A DNA stretch of 59,957 bases, the filler included, from Jimgerdemannia flammicorona (Eukaryota): NCBI GenBank assembly GCA_003990765.1. It is 3 parts of 3 records of this genome, joined end to end, with 100 filler letters (N's around TTAATTAATTAA, not from the genome) between each part and the next. Parts side by side here need not be neighbours in the genome. Positions count along the whole stretch, not along the records: positions 20,023 to 39,940 come from RBNJ01001805.1; positions 40,041 to 59,957 come from RBNJ01001806.1; 1 more part is not named here. One strand, written 5' to 3'. Position 1 is the first letter of the stretch; every line of letters begins with the position of its first letter. Position numbers and translations under genes: made by a program. The notes under the pieces are model-generated. The model made no database searches. It was given only the letters and a program-made list of their open reading frames with translations, and was not told the DNA's origin. Of this stretch, positions 37,898 to 50,203 are shown piece by piece.

Positions 37898-39470
37898 ATG
37901 CCCGTCAATCCCGATTCCTATGTTGAGGAGAAGGAGAGGATGAAGAAGTTTCACGGTAGCATCGTCGAGGAAAAAAGCGGCCTCGTCACCTCATTCAAGA
38001 AAGTCACCCAGAAGAACGAGGAGTTGAACGCCAAGGCCGTCGACACCTACTACAGCAACTGGGAAGACAGGAAAGACATCAAGAACACCGAGGAGGGTGT
38101 CCAGAAGAGGCGCGCCAACGCCCAGATCATGACCAACGCCTTCTACGACTTGGTTACTGACTTCTACGAGTATGGTAAGTAAGATCGCAACTGCACTGGT
38201 TTGCATCGGCTGGCAACATGGTGACGAAGCAATATCGCCCCTTCTCTTGTCTCACGCGCGCTTGTGTACCCTTGTTCTGTTTATAGGTTGGGGCCAATCA
38301 TTCCACTTTTGCCAATTGTACAAAGGTAAGCATCAGAAATTTAAGAAATTTATGTAACACCGAGAAATCACGTGCCGTCGCGTGGCTGCGGAAGAAGGGA
38401 AAAAAAAAATTACAGTTCCTAAAATTGTCTCTCGGCAACTCTTTCCAGGTGATACCTTCGAGGAGAACACCAACCGCCACGAAGCCTACCTCTCCGTAAA
38501 GCTTGGCTTGAAGAGGGGCATGAAGGTTTTGGTACGTGTTTGAAGTCGGACTATTGTGTGGGCTTTTTCAGGGCAGAAAAATCTAGGTCTGGATGACATG
38601 TTAACTTTAATCCTCGTCGTTTATTTCCAAAAGGATGTTGGGTGCGGTGTCGGTGGTCCCCTCCGCGAGGTCGTCAAATCATCTGGTGGTGCCCACGTCA
38701 CCGGTCTCAACAACAACGCTTACCAGATCGAGCGTTGCGAAGCCTACTCGCGCAAGTACGGTCTTACCGACTTCACCGCCTTCATCAAGGGCGACTTCAC
38801 CAAGATGCCCATCGCCGACGCCACCTTCGACGCCGTCTTCTCCGTTGAAGCCACCGTCCACGCCCCCAAGCTGGAGATGGTCTACGGTGAGATCTTCCGT
38901 GTCCTCAAGCCCGGAGGCAAGTACGCCTGTTACGAGTGGTGCGTGACCGAGAAATACGACGAGAACGATCTCTTCCAAAAGAAGATCGTCCACGGTATCG
39001 AAGTTAGTAGTGTTGGGTTTTCTGGGTATCTGCGGTACGGTCTGATTGTATTTATCCAGGTACTCTGACGCATACAAATCGGCTGACCCAATATCACCTT
39101 CCCAAACGCACAGGAGGGCAATTCGATCTCCAAGATGTACAAGACTACTGCTTGCCTCAACGCCGCCAAGTCCGTCGGCTTTATTGTCCTCGAGGAAGGC
39201 GACGTCGCGCCCGTGACGAGCGCCACCGAGCCCTGGTACTATGCTCTGAGCAACGCGTCCGGCCTACGCGGCTTTGCTCGTTCGCCCATCGGCCGCGTCG
39301 TCACGCACACCACCGTTACTATCCTCCAGGCTCTCTACATCCTTCCGGCGGGCGTCAAGGAGACCTCCGCGCTCCTCAACGACGCCGCCGACAAGCTGAT
39401 CCAGGGCGGCGAGCTTGGGATCTTCACCCCCATGTACTTCTTCTTGGTGCAGAAGCCCCATGCTGCTTAA
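37898..39470 (+). CDS. ERG6: Sterol 24-C-methyltransferase; exons 37898-38174, 38287-38325, 38449-38531, 38634-39002, 39114-39470
   Basis: FYDLVTDFYEYGWGQSFHF, RHEAYL, VLDVGCGVGGPLRE, GLNNNAYQI, EATVHAP, YGEIFRVLKPGG, YEWC, IFTPMYFF; canonical splice sites keep the frame. Confidence 0.96.
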
Positions 39471-39940
39471 GCCATGTGCGCCATGCTTGGGCGTTGGGTG
39501 GGTTTCTGTTGGATGGGTGCATAATGGTAGTGTGCCGTGCGTAATGTAATAGTTCTCTTGGGCCCGTCTTGAACCTGAATGCCTGGGGTGTTCAGTGAGT
39601 GACGGGGGACAATGTCCTTTTTGGGCTATTCGGGATCCCTCCCCCGGCTTTGTATAGAGATCTTGTAACCTAGTACTTCCTCTTGAAGATATCCATGTGC
39701 CAAATTTGTGATCTTACATCTTGGCTTTTTTCATGTTGATATATATATATTACATCATTTTAAATGCTCTTACATGATGCTTTTTGTGTGGAATATGCGT
39801 TTAGGCTGGGCCGGGGTGATTCTGCTGCGATATCATTTTAAACAGAGAAGTGCATCCGGTCTTTTGTGCGAATCCCACGGACTTTGCAAGCCAAAAGAAG
39901 CGGTTTACCTATATCGCGGGATTTTCATGCATCAAAAAAA

Positions 39941-40040
39941 NNNNNNNNNNNNNNNNNNNNNNNNNNNNNNNNNNNNNNNNNNNNTTAATTAATTAANNNN
40001 NNNNNNNNNNNNNNNNNNNNNNNNNNNNNNNNNNNNNNNN
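39941..40040. other. Artificial contig-joining linker
   Basis: Same N-TTAATTAATTAA-N 100-bp spacer. Confidence 0.97.
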
Positions 40041-42189
40041 ACATTCTTCCGAGGACCTGCCGAAGAATGGTGGCGAACCCTTCCTGAAAAACCCCTCACA
40101 TGGGATACCTGACCTGCAGTAGTTGCTCAGAATGCAGCAAACAATGCCCAAGGATATGGAGCCCATCCTGCAGCCTCTGGACTCAAACAACTCATGATTG
40201 CTCAATATTGCAGCGAAACAATGATTGCCAAATCCCGAGTAAAACTCCACAACCTCAAATTTGATGTACATGGCAAAGAAGAATTCGAAACCTTCTGTAC
40301 AAAACTCGAGTCACTCCTGAACACTGTTGGCCTAGGATATATTGCCAATGATGAAGCACGAAATGGTATAAGAGCAGACCATTTATTCGATGCACTGCCT
40401 GAATGGCTTACTAGAAAAATCTGAGAACAAGGCCGCCCAGTTGGTTGCGACCACCAACAATGGTGCCTGGCAAGAATCAAGACCATGGTCAAGCGAATCC
40501 TAACAGCTGGACCAATTCTGCCCCGAAGGCAATTCAACAACAAGGAAAGGACTTGGACTAAGAAAGAAGAACCCAAGCACAAAGCATCCCGAGCTCCCTC
40601 CACATCCACCTCTTGGACACCCAGAAATCATGAACCCACCCAACCAAGTACCTTCAAGAAACTTACTGAAGGCGAAAGAAATAAACTTCGAAGAAGCGGA
40701 GCATGCTTCTACTGCCGAAAGACAGGACACATGGCCAGTGCCTGCCCCAACCAAAAACCCCAAACAGCAACACGAGCAACTGTTACCACTCTGCACCACC
40801 TCAACAACCTGACCACCAGAATACTAGACTTTGTCAAGTTAAGACAAACTGCTAAGGCCCCAACCAAAGGAAGTCAAAAAGCAGCCGGATATGACCTATA
40901 TGCCGCCAAAGAAGCTACAGTCTCCAACCGAGAAGTCAAACAAATCTACACAGGAATCAGTATCCAAATCCCTGAAGGACATATTGGAAGAATATGCTGT
41001 CGCAGTAGCCTAGCATTAAAAGGACTCTCAGTAGAAGGAGGAGTCATTGACGAGGATTACACAGGCGAAATTATTGTCCTCATCTGAAACCACAGTTGGA
41101 CACCCTTCAAAATCCCTATTGACTTCTGCATCGCCCAGATCCTGTTCGAAAAAATTGAGTCAACCTTGACAGTCAAGGAAGTCCCTGAACTACTACCCAC
41201 CATCCGAGGATCCAAAGGATTTGGCTCATCAAACAAGGCCCCAACCCAACCTACTGTAAGCAAAGAAGAATAATTCTACAAGAAGATAGAAGATGGATAT
41301 GTACCAAGTGGCCGATGCCCTCATGGTATTGGAATGTACTCTTCCCGAATGATTGATGATTGCTTCTCTTATATCAATGAACTGGCTCAAAGAAGAACTA
41401 ACAGAAGAAAAGCTCCTACAATGGAAATCACCACTATTGGATCAGACAAACTGCTCACCCTTAAAGCTTTTGTCAACGGAGCACCTGTCAAGATTATGAT
41501 AGACAGTGGTGCCTCAGGCAATTTCATCAATGAGGAGACAGCCAATAGACTCAAGGTCTTCACCTCTCCAGTACAGCAAACTCAAGCAGTTGCTACAGCC
41601 GATGGAACCTCACATGTTATTAGCAAAGAAGTCCGCAATCTACCCTTCCGAATTGGCGACTACCAAGTACATGTTACCCTCCAAATTGTACCACTTTCTG
41701 ACAATGAAATCATCCTTGGGACTCCATGGTTAAAACAAGAGAACCCCATGATCGATTGGGTAAACCATTCTCTGACCATCAAGAAAGGACACCACAACTT
41801 CAAACTACAAGGTAAAAAGGACTCACTCAACTCTAGTAACCCTGGACTGAAGATCACCCACATCAACAAACTACAACTCAAGAAATTGGCCAAGAAATGC
41901 CCTCTCTTCGCCATCTCCATCCGACCATCCAAAGGAGAACCCGAGAACTCTGAAGAAGACTTTTCCAAAGTTGACAGCCATGTCAGACCACTACTCCAGA
42001 AAGTCCGAGACACATTTCTGAACCGAACCACTAAACCACCTGCACCTGTTATTATTAATGACCAAGAAGAATACAAAGTTGAACAAATCCTCAACAAACA
42101 CAGCCACAAGAACCACCCAAATGGTACAACAACACCAGAGCAAATTAGAAGGCCCCGACGAGGACGTCGAAAGCTAAGAAGGGGAGAGT
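40041..42189 (+). mobile_element. Ty3/gypsy (chromovirus-like) internal region: gag - CCHC - dUTPase - protease - chromodomain stub; RT/RH/IN deleted
   Basis: GPAEEWW; CFYCRKTGHMASAC; AAGYDL/RSSLA/GGVIDEDYTGEI/IAQ/RGSKGFGSS; IDSGASGNF and ILGTPWL; then PPAPVIINDQEEYKVEQIL. PPT AAGAAGGGGAGAG lies immediately before the LTR. Confidence 0.93.
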
Positions 42190-43670
42190 TGTAAGCGCAC
42201 AACCTCCAAGCCACCAAAATTGCATGGTATCCTCAGAACTAATTCGGAAACCACATGCGAGACTACAAAACAAGAGATCATCTGGTTACACAAATACACC
42301 AGCAAGCACGAGAACCCACTGCCAAGATACAAGAATACTAAAAGAAGTACTACAACCATAAGACTGACTCTGAACCACTATAGCTAGTTTGGTGTACTAT
42401 ACTATTACAAAAGAAACCAAAAGTACCAAACTCAAATCAAGACAAGAAGAACCCTATCTCACCCATCAAAAGGTTCATGAACTGCACTTATCAACTCAAG
42501 ACCAAGATATACCACGACTATACAAGACCTCATTACTTAGCAGAAGCAAAACGCATTTGAACAACTCTGTTCGCTTTATCTGTATCACCTCCGTTGGAGA
42601 GTGACGGACACTTCATCTGAACTCAAGAAAGCCGACAACATCGAAACCAATCTCAAGCCATCCATGTGACAGATATTACTACTAGAAATTGCCTCGGATT
42701 ACAGAAAATATCATTTCCGAGAGGTTCGAACCCCCAGCCGTGACATTGGGAGCCCTCGCCCTAGACGAGAATGGCCAGTCCTCGCAAATGCACCAGCAGA
42801 TCAAAAAAAAAGAGAACCAAGACCTGTTATCCTTGTACAACCACTGCCACTAAGGACAGTCTTAATCTTACAAGAGATAGAAGTGACGACATCTTGAAAA
42901 CTGATGATGTCAGAAGTCAGAAAACTGCTCAGACTTTGGCAGTGATGATGTCATCAATAGTGATGTCATCAAAGACTAACCAGACAGTGCCTAAACCTAT
43001 AAATAGCTTAGCAGTCATAGTATAGTTAGATTAGTCTTGTATGACGTGACTGTGAACTGACTCAGCAGTCAGACAATCTCTTGATATGTCAGATCACACT
43101 TGTACTACATGACTGCATTCCGACTCAGCAAGGCACTTAGTGCTACATCCATATCTAGCATAGTCCAGATAGCCCCTCACTAGTATAAATACCCCCTCCC
43201 CCAGACCTCAGAATCTCAGACTCGAACAGACAAGAACATTCCTGAATACTTCCCCACAATACCTCTTTACACAAATACTCCTAGTATAGCAATATCATGA
43301 ATAGCAAATAAACCTATTCCATAACCCACAAACCACTCTTAAGTAAATCTGCTCTCTGTTAGGTCCTACTCCTAACCCTGTCACGAAATTTCCTAATTGG
43401 GTATTGTCTGCAGCGATACGCCGATTCAACTAAGCTGGTCTTAGTTTCTTGAACTTCCTGAAATATGGAAAATCCTGAACATTCAGAACTAGTCCGAAAA
43501 AGTACTTTGGTTGAGACGTCAACCCGATCTTGAAATCAATAAGCGTAGAGGACATACTCCATACGAAATTGATCTTGACCATAAGAAAACGGTCTTCCAG
43601 AACATCCAGAATATCCAGAAAACCCTTCTAGAACTACGTAATGGTCACCCTAAAAAGTAACCCTCTTACA
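42190..43670 (+). mobile_element. 3' LTR (~1.5 kb, possibly composite)
   Basis: Begins TGTAAG right after the PPT and ends CTTACA (6-bp terminal inverted repeat); TATAAA near 43185; abuts LINE ORF1 sequence. Confidence 0.7.
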
Positions 43671-45244
43671 GGAGGCCACATCCACCAGATCATCCTCCTC
43701 AGTGCCCTTCTCCAGCTGAACCACTTCGCCTGCCTCTGGGCATTCTCAATACATATTCGCTGCTCCCGCCATGCAAACATCCTCTACCTGGGTCTCTGGT
43801 ACTACCTCAACAACCTCCTTAAAGCCTCCAGTGGTTGCCTCCTCCTTATCCACCCACTTCCCTGTCACTAGTGCATGAGTAGAATCCTCCACACTCTCCA
43901 GTTGTGAGAAGGACACCTCAGCCATCTCCACCTCTTCCATTTGACTTTTGGCCATCTCTGCTTTTTCCTCCTCCTCCCTTTTCGAGCCCTGGAGGACTGT
44001 CTGCAGATGCTCCCAGTTTGCTCTTCGCCACCTCTTCCTCTTCCTATCAGTCAGAATCCAGATCCAATTCTTGGCAAACTCCTCCCATTTCCTCTTCCGC
44101 AATTCCTTCACAGCCTCTCTCTCCTCTAGGGTGACTAGCAATTCCTCCTCCTCCTGTTCCAAGCCCTTCCTTCTCCACACCTTGCACTCCTGCCCTCCGA
44201 TGCAAACTACTTCTGGCCAGTCTCTCCCTTGCCCCGTAGCCTCCTTGTCTTCCAGCCTCACCATTACCTCACAGTTGCCATTCCTCAACTTGGTCTCCTC
44301 CCAAAACATGAACCTGAAGTCAACCATCTTGCCAAATGCCCCCAGTGCCTCCACCACCATTCCTTTGGTCTCCTGTCTCCCCAACGTCAGCAGCCCTTCA
44401 ATCACCAGTCGCACTGCCCACGGGTCCCACCTCAGGCACCTCGCCATGCCAACCTTGATGCTCTTGATGACCAGTCCTTTCTCCAAGGCCTTCACCATCT
44501 CCTCCTCCTCGATGAATCCTATCTCAACCACCTCAGCTGATGGGATGAACTTCAGCAACTCCGCCCCTGCAATCTCCTCTCCAACTAGCCTCAGGACCTC
44601 CCTTGCGGACATCCCCAGCCCCAAAAAATTCGCCGATATGGCCCATGTCAACACCGATTTGTGGAAGAAGGGATGCACCACCAGTTCACCAGATCCAGCT
44701 GCCATCGTCACCTTCTTCTTGTTCTCCGATACTCCAGCAGTCACCCCAGCCACCGGCCCAGCCCCAGGAATACCAGTCTCAGCCACACCACTTCCGGACC
44801 CCTGGCCCCTAGCAGGCACCTGACCAGTCACCTGACCCGTCACCTGGCTGGTCACCTGACCCCTACCCCTGTCAACACTACACCCCCCCTGCCCTACCCC
44901 CATGGGCCTAGTAGCCACCCTCCTGCCCCCCATCACTGTGTGCCAACCCGCAATGCCAGTCTGCCCCCCCTGACCACCTACTTCTCCTGCCCCTACATCT
45001 GCCCCAACTGTCACCACAAAACTCTTGGGGAGACCCAGACCAGGCCTCCTCCTCTCCAAATGCTCAGAGCTTGATGAACCCTGGGTTGCCATCTGACGGA
45101 AACTCCACCAAAATCGATGAGACTCATTGTATACTGTAGCTAGACTCCTGCCGCACCTTGTATACCAGAATAGATGACGGGAAAACTTGAAAACGTGTTG
45201 CTTATCACGAAAAGATGTCCGTGTAGCTTAGCTTACTCTGAATG
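43671..45244 (-). mobile_element. 5' half of a related LINE with a 448-aa open ORF1 stretch (43746-45092)
   Basis: MARCLRWDP...FGKMVDFRFMFWEETKLRNGNCEVMVRL...RDWPEV aligns with ORF1 at 14794; the 5' end is CATTC at 45244. Confidence 0.88.
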
Positions 45245-46403
45245 GTTCGAGCAAAAGGAGTTGAGAGTACCCCTCAAGAAGGACTCCTAGCATCAACCTG
45301 GGTACTGCAGACCCTTATCACTTTATCCTCTACCGCCATGAAATGGAAACAAGGATCACCATTGCCACCGAATGCCTCCAAATATAGCAGGAGTACGAAA
45401 TAGGAAACCTCCTCTGCCGGGAGTTCCCACAGGCCAGCCCTCAAGAGCTACAAGATGCCACCCCCATGGACCTATGTGAGGCAAGGACAGCAAAGAAGAT
45501 CCATCAGATCTTCAGGCATGCACCATGGTCAATCCCCAACTTGGAGTATATTAGAGTCTCAGACTTCAGAGACCTGTCATCCCGCCATATCAATACACTA
45601 GAAGCCAGAGTAGCCACAGAAGCCCAGTCCACCATCACCCTCAACAGCAAAGAAGTAGAAGACTTCTGGCACCCTATCCATTAGGACAACCCAGACCAAT
45701 TCCTGCAAGGATTGATCTCAGTATTCCAAGGTCCAAGCATCCAGGTTAGATCTCCTCAAGACCCCACATTTGTCCCCTATTTTGTGAAAGAGAACCTCAT
45801 AGACTGGAGAGCTCCAGACCTTGTTCCCGATTTCCCCGCCACAGCTGAACGTGATGACGTCATCGATGACGTTATCCCGCGCGACATACCTGAAGTATGC
45901 AAAACGCATGACCTACATGACGAATTCGCGGACCTCATCTCCTTCAGTGATGATGATGATGATGATGATGAAACTCCCATGATCCTGAACTTTCTGCTCT
46001 AAAAAGTTCTTTGTTACACTGGATAATGCTAGCACCAGTATTCTGAGGTGATGCGAAATTGTTCCAGCACTAGCATTTTGATGTGATACTAAATAATGCT
46101 AGCCCTGAAACTCAGTAGTTTTAGTTATTGGAATTTATATTTAGCTTTATATCTTACCAACCATTGAATTATATTTTATATAAATACCTTCTGAAATAAA
46201 GTCAGTCAAGTTCACTTACACACACTTCCTTGCAAGCAATCTAAGAGATAACAAGACAGTTAAAGATAAGAAGTTTGAGGACTATAAGACCTTGGGAAGG
46301 CACTCCAATAAGAACTTGCTTATAACAAACTTGAGTTAGTCTAAGAGATATACCTTGAAGAGAATCTGGTGTATTTGAAGGACTCAGCGACCACTACATG
46401 ATA
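45245..46403 (+). mobile_element. LTR of the 25331-26915 family (solo or 3' LTR), 5' part cut by the LINE
   Basis: Colinear with 25660-26915 through AAGTTTGAGGACTATAAGACCTTG to the terminus CATGATA (from CGTGACA); no PBS follows. Confidence 0.8.
45265..46002 (+). pseudogene. LTR-internal ORF of unknown function, acidic C-terminus, two in-frame TAG stops
   Basis: Single frame RRTPSINLGTADPYHFILY...QIFRHAPWSIPNLEY...DNPDQFLQGLISVFQGP...YFVKENLIDW...DDDDDDDETPMILNFLL*; homologues at 25650-26425 (+) and ~51250-51990 (-). Confidence 0.75.
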
Positions 46404-49400
46404 CTAGTAATATCAATAAATGATAGCAAGAATTTCTAGTGATATATCCTAGATAAAGGTCTTGTTCTTGGCTTTACAGTCTCCTTCATGATTGATCTCT
46501 TTGTATTTTCAGCAGGTCTAGCAAATTTGGAATTCTTGTAAGGTGGGATTTTTTCTCTTAACCTGGCTCTTGAGGTATCTTTGCTGAGGTAAACTTCAAT
46601 ATTTGTACCAGTAACAGGCAAAGGTCTTTTCACAATCACAGTATCCTTGCTTTATAAATTCCTCATTCTGTTATTTTATTTCCTTAATTATTGGATATCT
46701 TTTTCAATATTTATTATAGGTAGGTAGAGTGATCTATAGAGTCTAGGTAATGGTGTAGAAACTGTTGTTTTTATCTTCAATTATGAGGGTCTCTAAAGGT
46801 TAGTAGAAGAGGATCTTATGTTCTTCCTTATAGGTCTTCTTGAAAGCCTTTGAGGTGGGTGGTGATATTTATATAAGAACTGGAACTCATTTTAACTCAT
46901 TCTTATCTTCAATTACTGGTATTGAAATCTTTTTGAGATTAAGAATTCAGCAGTTGCTACAATCATCTCTTGGTGAGTGAAAACAGTTATAGTATTCATA
47001 TATATATACCTAGGTGGAAGGCTCATATAATTCAGTTTTCCTTTAAAGATAGTAGTAGTTATGTATATAGATAGTTCTGCAAATCTAAGTACTTCTTCTT
47101 TACTAATGTTCTATTAGGTACTTTCCTCCAGACTTTTAGTATATAAAAAGGTCTTCTTGGCTACTTTTAGGACCTCTGGTAGTATCAAAATCACTTTCTA
47201 GTTCTTGCAGAAAATTTGCTTTGCTTTCATTCTCTGTAGTAGTGGATATATCTCTACATTCTTACTATCTCAGAAGCCTGATCTGCTTTTCTTGGTGATC
47301 TCTTTGACTTAATTGGTATCTTGTGATTTTGACCATAGAAGGTGAAGACTAGGAGTTGTTTCCTGATGTCCACATTGGCTCCAACTTAGTGTAACCAAAA
47401 TTAAATTATAGGAGGTTATCAGAGTTACAACAGCTTGAGGTATATTGAGACAGGCTTTTTCAACTTGAATAGATATGTCTCTGACTAGTCTAAAGAGGGT
47501 AAATGCTGATCTATCTTATAATAACTCTTGCTTTGATTCCTTCATCAATTCTCCATTTAATCTTTTCTAGTATTTACTGGGTAATAATACAGACTACTAC
47601 TCTAGTGTCAATAAGGATTCTAGTATTTTCATCATATACTTTCCCATTAGCCAGTCTGTGAATTGATATTCTTGATACTAGTATCCTTGAACTGCATAAA
47701 TAGTGCTAGACTCCAGAGTGTGTGGTTCTTGGACAGAAACTCTCTTAGTGTCTTTCTTGACTTCTTTGAGAAATTTTCATCTAACTTCTACAGCATTCTG
47801 AGTATAGAGATATTCCTAAAGTGATGCTGCTTTATGGGACTTACTACTCCTTCAATATCTAGATCTCTTAGAGTAAATCCTCTCATTTCTATTAGGTATT
47901 TAATCAGCTGAAAATTCTATACTTATATACTCATCTTCTTCAAGATCAGGTAGAGAGGTACTCCTTAATACTCTTAATAGACTGGCTTCTGGTTCAGAGG
48001 TATCTCTTCTGACTCTTTTATCATTTTTCTAAGGAGTATCTAAGGAGGAATGGCCATATCTTAAATGTTTGCCTATAGATATAGTTACTGGCAATAGTGG
48101 TGGAAGTGGGTTTTTGGAGGTCTTCCTCATCCTCTGATCTATGTGGATGCTGCATCCCAAGTCACCTTAGAGGGAAAGGCTTTATAGTATGGATAGATAT
48201 CCTCTTGACTATAAAACCAGACAGTTTCTTCTTCTATTTCTCAAGTCTTTTTATCCATTTGAATGAGGTTGACATTTCAGTCATTGGACAGAGTTTGTTT
48301 CTTCAGAAAAAACCTCTGAATGTAACCTTAGTTTCTATAGTTAAAGTAAGTTATAATATAGGGACCTGTTGCTGGAAAACCTATAATTACAGCTGGTGGG
48401 GCCTGAGTGAAACTCCTGTTGTCTTGTTATTGATAGTTTGATCTATTATCTCAATGATAATCTTGTTGCCTTCCTCTTTAGTTCTTTAACTAAGCAACTG
48501 CAATGGCTATATCTTTTATTTATTTGGTGAGTATTATTATAGAGTTCTCTTGAATCCTTAGTAGTAGCTGTTTTGCCACTTTTGTTATCTATATTGGCTC
48601 AGAGTTGGGAGCAGGGGTCTGGTCTCATAGTTAACTAACTGAGCTCTTAAGTAGGTATTCTCTTATTTTATAGTTGTGCTATAGGTCCTTAGACTTTCAA
48701 TCTGAGCTTATTCTCAATATTCTTGTACTTGCTGAGATAATCTATAGTCTGCTTTCCAACATTCTTGTGTTCCAGCAACTTATTGCTTAATACTTTGATT
48801 GCTCATTCTAATGACTTGCCTTCTAAGCTCAGAAAATATTCTATTGAGAAAAATAGTAAAGGTCAGAGCTAGTTGGGCTGCAGGTTATAAGTTTGTCTTG
48901 ATCATTTGAGCTTGAATTCAGTGATAGAAACTTTTTGGAGTTTCATTAGTAGCTTGGCTCATATAGGTTAAAGCTTCTTGTACTTCTTATTGGTACTCAA
49001 GACTATTGAACTGAGTGCAGAACCAGGTCTTATAGATATTATATCTGTCCACATAGTCTCCATTTGCTTGAAGATTGTTGGCTTTTTCTACTCTATGGAT
49101 TTCTCCTCTAACTTGCTTTGCTTGATTGTACTTTTGTAGGACAGGGCCTCTCAGGAGTGATTCCATAATTCTGAACTTTCTCTAGGCATCTTACTGCTTA
49201 ATAGCTACTTATACTTCAATTTCTCTAAGGAATTCCTTAATATCTTCACTGTCTGCACTATGGAATTTCTGAAGATAACTCATGTCTGATTCATCTTCAC
49301 TATCTGAGTCTGGTTCTGGGGTAGGGTTTCTTGATGATCCTTGAGATAGGAATGGTAGAGATGCTTGATGAACTAGGGATACTGGCAGAGAGTGGTGTTT

Positions 49401-50203
49401 TAGTGGGGGTATAGAGAATCTGGCTCTTCTAATTTAAGTTGGGGTAGAGATTCTTGATGGTAGAGGTTCTTTAATTGAGCAGTAGTAATCACTAAATACT
49501 GAGGTTAGCATTATATATATCTCTTGAGGATAATACTAGAGTGTGAAGAACCAGAGTACTGGAGTTCTGACAACTAGGATAGGACTGATGTAGCTAATAC
49601 TCAGTTCATCTGCTCCTTACTATTGTGAAGTAGTAGAGTTCTGTTCATCTTGTCAAGAGTCTATATTTCTGTCTAAATAGTAATAAAGGTTGAATTTATC
49701 ACTTAAATAATCTGAGTAATTTCTTCAATTATTGTCTTCCTCTAGTTCTGAAAGATAAGAATGATAGTCTTCTTCTCCTTCAGATGTTTCAAAGTATACT
49801 TGGTCTAGTAGAGTGGCTTGAGTAATAATAGTAGTAATATAATCACTTCTGTCTGAATCTCTTCTATAGATTAGAGTCTGATATTTTTCAGAAAAATCTT
49901 CTTCTTGTTCTGGGCCCTGGGTCTGGATGGGTTCAGATTATCCTCTGAGATACTTTTCTTTCTTTAAGGTCAAATTATAGTCTGTATTACTTCTTTCTTC
50001 TGATTCAGTTTTCTGACTACTGGTCCTGAAGAGAGTGAGAGCTGTCCTGACAATAATGTGAGCTTCTTTTTCTGAGTTGAGCTATTGCTGGCTCTGATCT
50101 TGTTGCTGGCTAGTTTCTTCTGATTCTCCACTATAGATGGCTGCTGGGTTCTTGAGCCAAATGGCCAAGTCTTTAGAAAACTTTCCCAGTTAAGCCACCA
50201 AAA
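46404..50203 (-). mobile_element. Decayed Ty3/gypsy internal region (gag, protease) of a second family
   Basis: PBS-like TGGTGGC just after the LTR end; gag LQKFHSADSEDIKEFLREIE (~49280-49220); protease RILIDTR (~47620) and FWLH*VGANVDI. No RT was recognised before the truncation. Confidence 0.75.

Noticed and set aside
19923..40040. Apparent clustering of lipid/sterol genes (P450, SDR, MFS, ERG6) as a biosynthetic cluster
   Set aside because: They lie on different contigs joined by artificial linkers. The piece lengths 19922, 19918 and 19917 suggest size-sorted concatenation, so adjacency is not biological.
42739..42762. GTGACA followed by TTGGGAGCCCTCGCCC as an LTR end plus PBS
   Set aside because: No gag follows, no tRNA match could be confirmed, and TGTAAG...CTTACA brackets a longer LTR. 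A composite LTR is not excluded.
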